Below are positions 11,876-23,527 of a DNA stretch of 64,000 nt, piece after piece. Under the pieces are notes generated by a model. The model was not told the origin of the DNA. It worked only from the letters and a program-made list of their open reading frames with translations, and made no database searches. The DNA comes from Macrostomum lignano (Eukaryota). The DNA lies in contig NIVC01001321.1 of assembly GCA_002269645.1 (NCBI GenBank), positions 90,858 to 154,857 on the forward strand, read 5' to 3'. Numbering within the stretch: position 1 is the stretch's first letter; every line of letters starts with the position of its first letter. The translations under genes were made by a program, and so were the position numbers.

Positions 11876-13779
11876 AAGAGATATTCCTATGTGCACAATG
11901 CATACTTGAGATTATAGGGTAGGGGTAAATATTGCTATTATAAATAGGTGAGAAAGGAAAAGTGTCTTTTGATATATATTGGCTTAACTGTTATATAGTC
12001 TATAAGTGGCAGCTTGCTGTATAAAAAAATATTATTCTTATTTTCTATACAATTACAAATGCACTTAGTAGAAAGAAGTGTTTTATAATTAATAATAGAT
12101 TAAAGTAACTCTTGGCAATGACAACCAAAAAATTGAGCTCAGGTTTGACCTTTACTTTAGCATGCTACCTAATTAGTAACTATCACAAATTAATTGAATT
12201 AATAGATATCAATTTGTCAATCAGGTTTTCCACAAATAGAGCTTTGGCAAAAAGGTATTCAGCAAAACAACTTTTGGCAAATCATCTAATATTCAATGTT
12301 GCTAGTATATCATGTACATTGAGATAGAACACTAATGTATATAGTATACTGAAAATGGCAAGTATCCTGGCCTTGTTATATAGGCCCTACCTACCAGACC
12401 AGTAAATTGTAGCATATATCTGATTATGTTGCCTTCCAAGCTGTGGCTAGGGGCCTAGGGCCTAGGCCTAGGGCTAGTGCTCAATCTCAGGGGCTTATTT
12501 ACTTAGATCAAAAGGCCTAGATGGCCATGTGCCTAGGCCTAAATTAACTCTTAAGAAGTTTACTCTATAGGAATAGGCCTACTTCTAATTTAAATTTATT
12601 GAAATAAAACAGTAAATGTTAAAAGTTAGCTTTTTATATAGGCTTAGGCTTTTGTTTTATAAGCAAAGCTAGGCCTAAGTATAGGCCTAAATTATGCCAT
12701 ATAAGTAGGCCTATGTATGGTAATGCAATGGTATCACAGTTGTTAGATAGACCTACAATTTAAAATAAATTAGGGGGCCTACACACAATTCAATTAAGGA
12801 TTTGCAGCCCTAACTGAGACAAGTTCCAATGGAAGGCTTTCAAGACGTTTCGCAGGTTTCGTTGATAACCTTTTCGCCAGACCATACGGCTAGCTACTGG
12901 CCAGCAACTTCCACCAAGATTTGTTGACCTGACGACTGACGTGTGATTTAAGAAGGTAGTAAAGTGTAAATAAACGAATTGCCAAACACGAATCAGACAA
13001 CTTTACCAAAAATGGTTTTAAATTAAAATACAATTACTTAATTCATACTTTTTAAATAAGTAAAAAATATAAATTTTACCATAATTGGTATATTTTAATT
13101 CGGTTTTATTTTAACTGACAAATTAAAACCAACAAATTTAAAGTTTTATTGCCTACCAAGGTCGGAGTTATATTGTTGATGATGACCGCGGTTTTTCCAC
13201 CAGCAAAGCGCGCCTTTTCTCTGCTAGACGGAGCAAATTTTTCTGCCTTTATCCGTCTAGGCGGTAGGGTATAGGGTGGTTTTTCAGTTTCAGTTCCCGA
13301 TATGAAAAAATAACAAAAGGATCGATTTGGAAAAAAACAATTGAATGTAAGAGGATTTTTGACTCGAAACTAAAATTTACCATCTGAAATCTGTGTTTAT
13401 AATATATAAAAACTCAGCTTCACAGACGTTACTGTTGCTTCAGTGCACGTCTCCAATCTTGCATAGCGTGATGTTGAAACGTCAGAAACTGTAGGATTTC
13501 ACATACAGGCCAAATAAATCTGCCCCCGGAACTCCGAAATACCCAACAACAAAACTAATAGGCCCCCTAACTAATTTTATTTTTGCAATTTACTATCTGA
13601 AATCTGTGTTTATATAAAAAATCTGCTTCACAGACCTTACTGTTTCTTCACTTCAGTGCATGTCTCCAATCTTGCATAGCGTGATATTGAAACTATTTAG
13701 CAAAAGTTATCATAAAGGGATATTTGGAACAGTTTTATGCTACAGAGTAGATTCCAAATGTTGCTTAAGGAAAAAATAC

Positions 13780-13973
13780 ACCTGTATAACTTTCGCCGAC
13801 ACATTTTCAGACACTTTTTGCAGCATTAATTTAAGTGTCGGAAAATATGTGTTGGTGAATGACAGAATGTCAACTGTTACGACACTTTTTTCAACACTTT
13901 TTGCGACATTTTAAGTGTCGTAAAAAGTGTCGGAAGATCTGTCTGAAAATGTGTCGGCGAAAGTTATACAGGT
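13780..13973. mobile_element. 194-bp MITE with 33-bp perfect TIRs and a 9-bp TSD (Mutator-like)
   Basis: ACCTGTATAACTTTCGCCGACACATTTTCAGAC (13780..13812) is the exact reverse complement of 13941..13973. AAAAAATAC flanks both sides (13771..13779 and 13974..13982). Confidence 0.85.
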
Positions 13974-14580
13974 AAAAAATACTCATATTCCACTTTCGCA
14001 CTACATGTGGTGGGTTGTGTCTATGAGCTGCTTGCAAGTTGCAAGCACTTCTCATAAGACTGCAGGATATAACATTTTTTGCAGCAGAAAATTGTCCCTA
14101 TGATTGCATCTTGGCAAATATAACACAAATTCAACATGACAGACCAGTAGGTAACAAAACCAAGTTCCAGTTTGCTTGCTAAGTTGCTCCAACTAGCCTT
14201 TTCTTTTTCTCAACAAATATTGTATCAACTAGGTTCAGGTTCTACACTGGCAGTGTTGCCATTCAAACTAGATGAATAATCAGGTGTTTCTAAAGCTGAA
14301 CCTAAAGCTGTCAAATCCAAGTCCCTTGTGTAGTAATGGAACATCTGGTAAAAGATTTTAGAGATAAGCTGAATGTTACTATTTTCTTTTTATTAGAGTA
14401 GGCTATGCAAAATACTTTTTTAATTTTTAGTACTAGTAAATTATAGCATTTGAAATGGTGAATTCAGTATATTATATCCATATATGATATATCAGAATAA
14501 AAAATTCCATAAAATAATTCTAAGAAATAGGAAATAAACTATGATTATATATGTAAAATAGACAAGAAATATGGTCACTA

Positions 14581-14903
14581 ATCACTTCGGCAACAGGTCA
14601 CTTTGGTGACAGTCACTTCTGCGACAAGTCACTTTGGCGACAGTCATTTTGGCAACACATTTGGACAAGGGCTACATTCATAATGAATACTAAAAATTTG
14701 TATTGCTTTTTTAATAAATCTGGAAAAATCACACTTTTTAATTTTGAAGTTTTATTGGCAAAAAATATGTCCTTTAGCTGCTACTAATTGTTGCCAAAGT
14801 GATCCAAATGTGTCACCAAAATGACTGTCACCAAAGTGACTTGTCACCAAAGTGACTTGTCACCAAAGTGACTGTCACCAAAGTGACTTGTTGCCAAAGT
14901 GAT
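14581..14903. mobile_element. Foldback/MITE-like element with internally repetitive inverted arms
   Basis: The left arm has GTCACTTTGGTGAC(A) repeats (14581..14666) and the right arm has GTCACCAAAGTGAC repeats (14803..14903). No TSD was identified. Confidence 0.65.
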
Positions 14904-16788
14904 TGTAATTCAGAAATACACCTAGATATTTTTCTAAAATTTGACAATAGATGACTAGCAGTCCACTTGCCAGGTCAATGTACTTCAATATGCTGCTAAA
15001 CTTGAAACTTCTCTATCTTTCTTAATATCTCTAGAAGAAACATAGTAGTGTTAAAATAAAATTGAGAACCTACAAGAGGTTATCTTATTTTAAACTTTCA
15101 AGTAGCTTTTGCTTCTAAGGTTCATTACCTAGCTTTTTAAATTCATCTATAGAGTTTCTTTGTTCTTAGGGCCTAGTTGCTCTAAATAAGTTCCTTAGTG
15201 GTTTTGGTCTAAGATCAAACTATCTGCTTTTTATCTAAGATAAAAATACAGTGTTAGGGGCCTAATCTTATAACGACTAAGCATATTTACTACTAAGTAT
15301 ATAAGTACTTCCATAGGCCTACTACTAAGCGTAATAAAGAACAAGGCCTAATAAAAAATAACAAAAATAACAAAAAGGCCTAATAAAAAGGCCTAATTAA
15401 ATAAAAAGAAATATATCAATTTGTTAAAAACAACTACAGTTTAGTATAGTACTTATTTCCTAATCTTATTTACTATTTTGTCCAAATCCAAAAAGTCTAA
15501 GCAAACTCCTTTTTCTTGAATTCTTAGGACCCAAAAAGAATATAGAAAATAAAAAATCTCACTAAAACAATATTATAAACAAAAAATAGATATAGCAAAC
15601 TTTGTCTAGGCCTAATTAATCCTTACAAAGTTAAAGTAGCCATAACATAAGCTAAAAGCAAATGAAAATTTAATTAGGCCCTAGGTCAAAATTATATTAA
15701 ATATAGCTTGACTAATGTCTAGGGCCTTAAATGTTTCTAGCTAAATGATTAAGGAAAAACATTATATTTAATAGGCTAGGCTTAATATGCCCTAAAGATA
15801 TTTAGAAAGGCTTATAAATATTATTTAGTCTTTAGATAAGGGTAATATTATTTTCTAGACTAGGTGTAATATATGCTAGGTATCAAAATTATTATCATCA
15901 TTAATTCTATAATAACATAAATAGGCCTATTAACATGGAACCTATGGTTATATATTGATTAGTCATTATTAAATAGTCTAGTTTAGCTAGCCAGTTAAGC
16001 CAGATAATATTATTTATTACTTTTTCCTTTAAATAATAGTAATAATAGACCCCTATATCTGCTTGATAAAAATGACTATTTGTCTTATATTATAATATAA
16101 ATAGGCCTAATAAATTTTTTTTACCACATTAACTAAAATAGTAGGCCTATATTTATTACCAACAATTTTAATACACAATTGATATATTAAGTAGTTTAAT
16201 GGCTAGGCCTAGTTCTATACTTTTAGATATATATTGATATGTGCTATAGCCTATCTTATCTAAGCTAAGGCTAGGCCTAGGTGTAACATAGGCTAGGCCT
16301 AAAAAATTATGAAACAATAATAATTAGGCATACCACCTAGGCCCTAGGCCCTGGCTTAAAAGTTTTTTAAGCCAATGACAATGTCATTAAAAGAAAGTAT
16401 ATTTAGTCTAAAATGTAAATTATTTTTATAAAGCTTATTTTTTCAGATTTTTTTTTCATTACATTGTGTTAGGAGAAATCCTAGGCCCTAGAATAGATGG
16501 CTAGAAAAATCCCAAAAAGAAATCAAATCTAAGTCAACTTAGTCTTAGAAAAAGTCAACTTGGGCCTAGGGAAATGTCAACTTAGATAAATAATAGGCCT
16601 AATAATTGATTAGGCCTACACTTGTGGCTTGCCCCAACCCAATGGGTAGATATCCAATTGATAGGCTAGCTCAACTGTAGCTATTATATCATAGTGTAGA
16701 AGGTAATATATAGGCCCTATGCTGGGATTTCCTGGCATACAAAAATGATATTTGCCATATTTTTCAATATATATCAACATGGTGTAAG

Positions 16789-17389
16789 ACCAAGATGGCC
16801 ATACACCAAGATGGCCACAATATTTAATCTCTATTATATCTATTTTTATTATAATTAATAAATAGCACCATAATAGTTTTGAAATATACATAATTATTAT
16901 ATTAATGTTATATTATATTAATTATATATATTAATTATATTATGTTTAATCAATCATATTCATAAATACTGATGCAATAAAAGATTTGAAACTAATTACC
17001 TATAATACAAAAACTTTAATCTTTTTTAGTGTTTGTGCAATTTTTTCTCTATCATTACATCTATCAAATCTATCACTATATATCAGTTTATCAAGAAACC
17101 ATTGCTAATGGTAATGCTAGCTATGCAAAAAATTGGGATAAATATGCAATAATTATTTTGTGTTAGGTTACTTGCTTTATATAGTGGATAAATATCTACA
17201 GGCCCCTAGGTCAGGCTACAATAAAAGCTAAGGCCAAAGGGAATGATTATAATGTAATACAATTCAATTATAACATCTATCTCCCTAATTACTATCAAAA
17301 GAAAATGAGTGAAATATATAGACCTAGCCTTATTATTATCTACTTGGACATTTAGAGCTATGGCCAACTTGGTGTATGGCCATCTTGGT
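16789..17389. mobile_element. Relic TIR element
   Basis: ACCAAGATGGCCATACACCAAGATGGCCA (16789..16817) is inverted at 17361..17389 with 1 mismatch in 29 nt. Confidence 0.55.
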
Positions 17390-18185
17390 TATGCTCCATC
17401 AGTATACATCTTAGTGTACATGACAGGAAAATTTTTGGCTTATATCTATGGTATATACCTGTATAACTTTTGCCAACACATTTTTAGACATATCTTCCAA
17501 CACATTTTTACACTTAAAATGTATTGTATGTTATACCTATATACATGTTAAGATCAATTGAAGTGACTTTACATAAAATATACTATATGCAAACTTTGTC
17601 AACATGGAACAATGAATAGTAAAAAAAGCAATTTTAAACTTTGTGCCCTAAAAAAACTTATTTTAGCTTAATTTTTAGCAAAAAATATTTAGAGTAGTCT
17701 TTTATTATTGTCTTTTCTTAGTGCACATTGCAAAAGTGTATAATTTTTAAGTTTGTTAAGCCACTTAAGGCCTACTCTGCATGAATAATGAATTCAAAAA
17801 AGAAAAAAGTGTACATCTTTGGTGTATATAGTTGAAAACTTGTCCTGGCATACAAATGTAGTCCTGTACTTTTTCCCCCACTAGACCTAGTGTACATTAA
17901 TACACAATCCAAACTATGGCTATTGCATAGTACATCTATATAAAAGGCTGCATATAGTTGTTTAGTCCAAGAATTAGGGATCATTATATATACTATAGTT
18001 CAGTTTAATTGTGAATTAATATATGCTAGGGAAAAATTATAGGATCTTGTTTATATACTAGCCTAGGAGCTTGACTTACTTGACTTAGCTGCAGGGGGCG
18101 TCCGGCGGATGCAGCGAGGAGGCGGAGGAGACCGCCCATTCCGCTAGCCCCTGGCGACCAACGACTTCCGTTGAAGTGGTGTCGC

Positions 18186-21100
18186 TCAGGGGGACCCGTC
18201 GGTCTCGCCTGCAGCGCGGTCCTCCTCACCGACGGTGGGGAAGAAATCAGCTCGTCCGGTGTCCCTGAGGTACCGGGCGAGCAGCGGGATGCTCTCGGGC
18301 CTGCAAACGTCGGAGAGAACCGGGTTTGGCCCAAGGTGAGTAAGCCTGGCCCTGGTGAAAACCGGGCAGTGGCAGATAAAATGCTCGGCATTTTCACTGC
18401 CTGAGCGGCAGAAGGGGCACCACTCCTCGGGTACTTGGCCCTGAAGGAAGCGGTGGCGAGAGAAGCAGCCATGCCCGGAGAGGGCCATGCTAACTGCTCT
18501 GAGGTCTCTGCGGTTGAGCCTGAGGAGGGCTCTACGCAGGAGAGGAGAGGGACAGGGGACGGCAGCATGGGATTGCCTACAATTCCGGGTGTCGTGCCAC
18601 CTGCGGAGATGTTCGGAGTCAGCCCAGCGCTTAACGCGGGAATTGATCACCGAGGCGGGGATAGGGGCACCCGGGCCCGGCCCCAAAAGTGCGCCGGCGG
18701 AGCCAGCCTTGGCCAGCAGGTCAGCGCGCTCGTTGCCGAGGAAGCCGGCGTGGCCCGGGATCCATCTGAGCTCCACCTGGTTGCCTAGTGCAAGCCCGTT
18801 GAGCTGGGTGTTGCAGTCCAGGACGGACCTGGAGCTGGCGGTGCTGCGGCAGAGGGCCCGAAGGGCTGCTTGGCTGTCAGAGTGAAAAATAAATTTCCGG
18901 CCGCTAAGCTGCCTTCGGCGCAGCTCTGCCGCGCAGGAGCTGATGGCAAGCACCTCGCTCTGAAAAACACTGGAGTTGAGCCCAGTGTGCTGGGAGTAGC
19001 TCCACACCACTTCTCCCTTGAAGAAGACGCAAGCTCCGAAGCCTGAAAGACCATGCCTCATAGAGCCGTCAGTGTAACAGTGGACTTCAGAGTCGCTCCA
19101 GCTGTCACTCGCCTCGTGTCGAGGCTGAATGGTGACCTTATACCTTTGGCTCAGGAGAAGGGTGGCTGGGATCGAGTCCGTGAGGATGTTGAGCCCGCCA
19201 CACTCCTCGAGAGCCTTGAGGCAGAGGTCAGAGTGCGGGATAAGCGACCGCTTCTTAAAGGCCCGCACTTTCTTGAAGGCCACCCCAGCATCCAGAAGAC
19301 GCCGGGTGCTCTTCGCCGCCTCTCCTTTGATATAAATATCCAAAGGAGGGGCACAGAGGAAGGCATTCATGCCTTCAAAAGGAGTAGAGGGTGGAGCGCC
19401 CATAGTCATGCGGCAGGCTCTGCCCTGGATTTTGTAGAGAGCATCGAGGTTGCTCTTGACGCTCAGGCCGCTAGCCCACACGAGGCTGGCGTAACTGATC
19501 GAGGGGCGGATGATGGCAGTGTAAATCCACCACAGCTTCCTGGGGGTGAGCCCCCAGGTGGTGCCCACGGCGCGCCTGATCTGAGCCAGTACAGCCAGGG
19601 CTTTTTTGGCTTTAGTTTGAATGTGCGGAGTCCAGTTAAGCCTGTGGTCCAGAGTGAGGCCCAGGCAGCGGACCTGCTTCTCCATGGAAATATTCTTTCC
19701 ATAGAGGGTGAGGGGCTTAATGGTCCAGAGCAGTTTGTTGGTAAACATGACTGCTGTGGTTTTCGACTCTGAGAGTCTAAGGCCACATTGGTCTGCCCAA
19801 CGCTCCGCTCGTCCCAGAAAGCCCTGCAGAAGGTCTCTGATGGTATCAACCGAGGGGCCTGCGCATATCGCGGTCACATCATCGGCATAGCCCACCTTGA
19901 GAATGGGGTCGTGGAGATCACTGCAAAGCAACTCATCCATGACCATGTTCCAGAGAACGGGGGTGAGAACGCCGCCCTGGGGGCCCCCTTTCAGGACAGG
20001 CACCGAAAGAGAGCTGCCGCTCAGGTGGGCCACAACAGTGCGGTTTCGGATCATGAACATGATCCACCGGACAAGGTGAGGGTGCGTGGCCCTGGATTCC
20101 AGGGCTCTGCAAAAGGCCTCGAAGATGACGTTGTCGAAGGCCCCCTCAATGTCCAGGAAAAGCGAGAGGGCAAAGCCGCTGCCAAGAACGGCCCTCTCCA
20201 GGAAGTCAACAATGACATGGAGAGCACTCTCGGTTGACCTGCCCGCGCGGAAGGCGTGCTGGTTCTGCGAGAGTGGGAAGCGCTTCAGCTCGACCGAAAG
20301 TAGGCGCCAAAGCACCAGTCTCTCGAGGAGCTTGAGGCAGAAAGAAGTGAGGCTGATAGGCCTGAAGGCCTTCACCGATTGGTAGTCGCTCTTTCCAGGC
20401 TTGGGGATAAAGACCACCCGGGCCTCTCTCCATGCAACTGGTACATAGCCCAGCTCCATACAAGCTCGAAGGAGACGACAGAGCAGGTCCAGGAAGCGGT
20501 GGTTTTTCACCGCCTCGTGCAAGAACGCTGGGTAGATGCCGTCGGGCCCAGGCGCCTTGAACGGGTTAAAGGACCTTGCCGCTCTAATAATGCGGTCTTT
20601 GGTGATCATAGACTTTGCTAGGCCTTGCCCTCCCACTGTGTGGTCGGGCGGGCCCTGCTGAGTCGGAGATTTAGGGAAAAAACTGTTGAGCATGAGCTCT
20701 AGAGTCTCTTCCGAACTCTCTGTGACCGAGCCGTCAGGTCTCTTCACAACAGAGAGTTTAGAAAAACGGTCATTAGTGAGTGCCTTAACCACGCGGGCTA
20801 CGGGGCGAGAGCCCTCAAGCCCTTCGCAATATTGGCGCCACTTGGCCGTCTTGGCCCTTCTGACTTGGCCCTTAAACTCGTGGATCGCACGGGTATAGGC
20901 CTCTCTGTCAGATGGGTCTTTGGTTTTGAGCGCTCGCCTTTGGAGGGTCCTGGCTCGGCGCCGAAGGGCCCCGAGCTCTGGGTTCCACCAGGGAGCAGAT
21001 TTCTTGCCTTTATAGGCCTTTAGGGGGCAGGCTGCTTCAAAGGCAGTGGTGATCGCCCCGCCCAGGGAGGAGGCGAGATCGTCCACCACCTGGCAGTCAG

Positions 21101-21890
21101 AGAGGTCACTGGGGGGGTCAAGATCCCGAAGGCCGCGGCTCAGCTTCGAGCCAAAGGCGGCCCAATCGGTGTTCCTGACGTTCCGACTCCAAGTGACCTT
21201 AGGCTTTTGCTTGGTCGGCCCAATGCAAAAGCGGATAAAGCGGTGGTCCGAGAGCGAGTCCTCGTCCCACACTCGCCAGCCCGTAACTGCGGAAAGCAGT
21301 CCGGGTGAGGCGATGGTGGTGTCGATGACTTCGGCCCACCGCCCATTATTGAACGTTGGTGCATTGCCCACGTTACAGAAGTTGAGGTTAGTGCTGCTGA
21401 CATAGGCCAGCAGCTCCTCGCCTCTGCTATTGATGTTCTTGCTGCCCCAATGCAGGTGGTGTGCGTTCACATCCCCTGCAATGAGCAGCTCGAACCGATG
21501 GGACGCAGCATAGTCAGTAAGGTTGACTAACGCGTCGCAGACAACTGGGGCATCGCCCGGGAAATAGGCAGAAGCTACCAGCACAGGTTTATTGGGAATG
21601 AGGTTATTGATTTGAACAACACAGATGTCCCCAGTCGAGAGATCAGGTCTCATCCATGCCTCAAAAGCTTTTGCAGCAAAGACCAGAGATCTTGGGCGAG
21701 GCTGAGAGCCCGCCATGCAAAAACAGTGGTAGCCAGATGGCACATTATTTGGCTTACCTTTAGTCATCCAGGGCTCCTGTACGAAGACCAGGCCCGGAAG
21801 CTGTTGCTCTGCCGTGCGCATCAGGTTGACCGACGCCGCCACGCAGTGCTGGGTGTTGATCTGCAGACACCAGGTAGTCGCTGGCATCAT
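18186..21890 (-). CDS. Retrotransposon ORF2 polyprotein (AP endonuclease, reverse transcriptase, RNase H, C-terminal Cys/His finger), 1234 aa
   Basis: APE motifs: VQEPW, GDVNAHH..WG, SDH. RT motifs: KAPGPDGI, FRPISL, DIEGAFD, PQGGVLTP, YADD. RNase H motifs: YTDGS, SEVLAI, SDSQAA, WIPGH..GNERAD. C-terminal finger: CPFC...EHFICHC. Confidence 0.95.
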   Translation of the reverse strand: MMPATTWCLQINTQHCVAASVNLMRTAEQQLPGLVFVQEPWMTKGKPNNVPSGYHCFCMAGSQPRPRSLVFAAKAFEAWMRPDLSTGDICVVQINNLIPNKPVLVASAYFPGDAPVVCDALVNLTDYAASHRFELLIAGDVNAHHLHWGSKNINSRGEELLAYVSSTNLNFCNVGNAPTFNNGRWAEVIDTTIASPGLLSAVTGWRVWDEDSLSDHRFIRFCIGPTKQKPKVTWSRNVRNTDWAAFGSKLSRGLRDLDPPSDLSDCQVVDDLASSLGGAITTAFEAACPLKAYKGKKSAPWWNPELGALRRRARTLQRRALKTKDPSDREAYTRAIHEFKGQVRRAKTAKWRQYCEGLEGSRPVARVVKALTNDRFSKLSVVKRPDGSVTESSEETLELMLNSFFPKSPTQQGPPDHTVGGQGLAKSMITKDRIIRAARSFNPFKAPGPDGIYPAFLHEAVKNHRFLDLLCRLLRACMELGYVPVAWREARVVFIPKPGKSDYQSVKAFRPISLTSFCLKLLERLVLWRLLSVELKRFPLSQNQHAFRAGRSTESALHVIVDFLERAVLGSGFALSLFLDIEGAFDNVIFEAFCRALESRATHPHLVRWIMFMIRNRTVVAHLSGSSLSVPVLKGGPQGGVLTPVLWNMVMDELLCSDLHDPILKVGYADDVTAICAGPSVDTIRDLLQGFLGRAERWADQCGLRLSESKTTAVMFTNKLLWTIKPLTLYGKNISMEKQVRCLGLTLDHRLNWTPHIQTKAKKALAVLAQIRRAVGTTWGLTPRKLWWIYTAIIRPSISYASLVWASGLSVKSNLDALYKIQGRACRMTMGAPPSTPFEGMNAFLCAPPLDIYIKGEAAKSTRRLLDAGVAFKKVRAFKKRSLIPHSDLCLKALEECGGLNILTDSIPATLLLSQRYKVTIQPRHEASDSWSDSEVHCYTDGSMRHGLSGFGACVFFKGEVVWSYSQHTGLNSSVFQSEVLAISSCAAELRRRQLSGRKFIFHSDSQAALRALCRSTASSRSVLDCNTQLNGLALGNQVELRWIPGHAGFLGNERADLLAKAGSAGALLGPGPGAPIPASVINSRVKRWADSEHLRRWHDTRNCRQSHAAVPCPSPLLRRALLRLNRRDLRAVSMALSGHGCFSRHRFLQGQVPEEWCPFCRSGSENAEHFICHCPVFTRARLTHLGPNPVLSDVCRPESIPLLARYLRDTGRADFFPTVGEEDRAAGETDGSP

Positions 21891-23527
21891 TGCAGATCGG
21901 ATGTTGCAGCCGCCAGGAGTTCCTCCTCCTCCTCGGCGCTCACCGGCTTCGGGTCGGGGTCGCCGGTGTCCATGGGCTCTTCTTCAGCAAAAGGCCCCCG
22001 ATTGGCCGGAAGGCAGTAGGCAGCGTTCGCCGCCCTTTGCCCACCATCCATGGGGTCCTCCGCCTCAGATTGGCCCAATGCCCTGGAGCAGCCAGCCGCC
22101 TGGGCAGGCGGGTCCGTCTCCAGTCGGCCCTGCCCCGAGGGGTTGGGCCCAGCTGGGACGTCCCCACCCTCCCTGGACGAACTGGTGCGCCTAGGCGTCC
22201 CGGCGACCTCTCGCCTCAGCTGGGAGATTTTGGCGGTACGGACTGCCTCAGCTGCACGCTGGTACAGGCCGCGCCGCTTGGTGCTGCGCGCCGGGCGTCG
22301 GTCGCCTCCGCCCTCAGCAGCGCGCTCAGCTTTGCCCGCGCGGCCGTGCTGCCGGGCAGGGCGGTTTGCTTTGGCAGTCTGAGCAGAGGCTTGCGCCTCG
22401 GCCCCGGCCGCCTCCGCATCCCGCCCGCCCTGCTCACTGCCACGGGGAGGGTCGGCCTCGTAGGAGCGGATGCGCAGCTTCCAAAGGCCGACGTTGATGA
22501 AGCTGCCGTGTGGATAACGCCTCATCCAGGCGTCCGACAGCCCCAGGATGGCTGTGAAGCCAGTGCCGTCGGTGCGCTTAAGGGTGTCATGCACCACTAG
22601 GCCCGCGGCGGGAAGCTCCCGGTTGACTGCTAGCAGTCCTTTCCGGAGCTCGTCAGCAGAGGTAACAACGCTCCTGGCCGGGACCCAGATTCGATGCCTC
22701 TTGGTCCGGGGGCGCTCGTCCTCTCTGCAGAAGGCTAGGTTGAGGTCCCAGCTCTGCTCGGGCAGCAGCTCAAGGAGCCGCCGACCCGAGTCAGCATCAC
22801 TGGGCCAAATGAGAAGGCACGAGTCCCTCGTCGCATTCGAATGAATGTTCAGAGGCGTGCCCTTCAGAGTTTGCTTCCACAGGAGGCCATCAACGGCACT
22901 TCTCACCTGCTTCAGCTGATCGGGAGACAGGCGCGCGTCCTTTCCCAGGATGACAACCGCCGGTTGCCTCTTTGCCGCATCAGCGTAGGAGGCCCGGGGG
23001 TCAGTGGAGCTTTCTTCAGGTGGGCTGTCCACCCTCCCGGCTGCATCGGCCTCCCTATCCTGGGCAGGGGCTTCCGTGGGCTCGAGGCCCTCTTCCGCCA
23101 CCGCCCCAGACTGGGAAGCTTCCGCTGCCGCGGGCCGTTGGCCCCTGGCACCGGTTTGGCTTCCGCCCTCCTTGGCCCGCCTCGCCTTGTTAAGTCGACG
23201 GCGGGCAGCTCCAGAGGTGGTGCTGCGTTTCTTAGCAGCTGGAGTAGCAGGTGTCTTCTCGGAGGCACCGCTCAGAGTTGGCTCCACGGGTCTCGCCGAG
23301 GCGTCCCCGATGGTAGCAGGTGGTATGGCCGAGGAGTCCACGGCCCCAGCCGAGGCCGGAGGCACTGTGTCATCCACAGCCGGTTTGTTACTTCGGTTAG
23401 AAGCCATTGGCTGGAAGTAAAAAGGTGGGACTTCCTGCAGAACACAGGCAAAGAGCCGCAAGGCCGCAACCCCAAACCAAGCGGCAGGCCCCCAAAAAGC
23501 AAAATACCACCCTACGGGGGGACCCAA
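21887..23527 (-). CDS. Retrotransposon ORF1 (nucleic-acid-binding; central domain resembles the DUF4780-type ORF1 of LOA elements). The real start may be an internal ATG (MASNRS).
   Basis: A 546-codon open frame lies directly upstream of ORF2, with SYADAAK...RIWVP...NRELP...GL pattern and basic low-complexity flanks. The domain assignment is from remembered family patterns, not from a search. Confidence 0.8.
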   Translation of the reverse strand: MGPPVGWYFAFWGPAAWFGVAALRLFACVLQEVPPFYFQPMASNRSNKPAVDDTVPPASAGAVDSSAIPPATIGDASARPVEPTLSGASEKTPATPAAKKRSTTSGAARRRLNKARRAKEGGSQTGARGQRPAAAEASQSGAVAEEGLEPTEAPAQDREADAAGRVDSPPEESSTDPRASYADAAKRQPAVVILGKDARLSPDQLKQVRSAVDGLLWKQTLKGTPLNIHSNATRDSCLLIWPSDADSGRRLLELLPEQSWDLNLAFCREDERPRTKRHRIWVPARSVVTSADELRKGLLAVNRELPAAGLVVHDTLKRTDGTGFTAILGLSDAWMRRYPHGSFINVGLWKLRIRSYEADPPRGSEQGGRDAEAAGAEAQASAQTAKANRPARQHGRAGKAERAAEGGGDRRPARSTKRRGLYQRAAEAVRTAKISQLRREVAGTPRRTSSSREGGDVPAGPNPSGQGRLETDPPAQAAGCSRALGQSEAEDPMDGGQRAANAAYCLPANRGPFAEEEPMDTGDPDPKPVSAEEEEELLAAATSDLQ

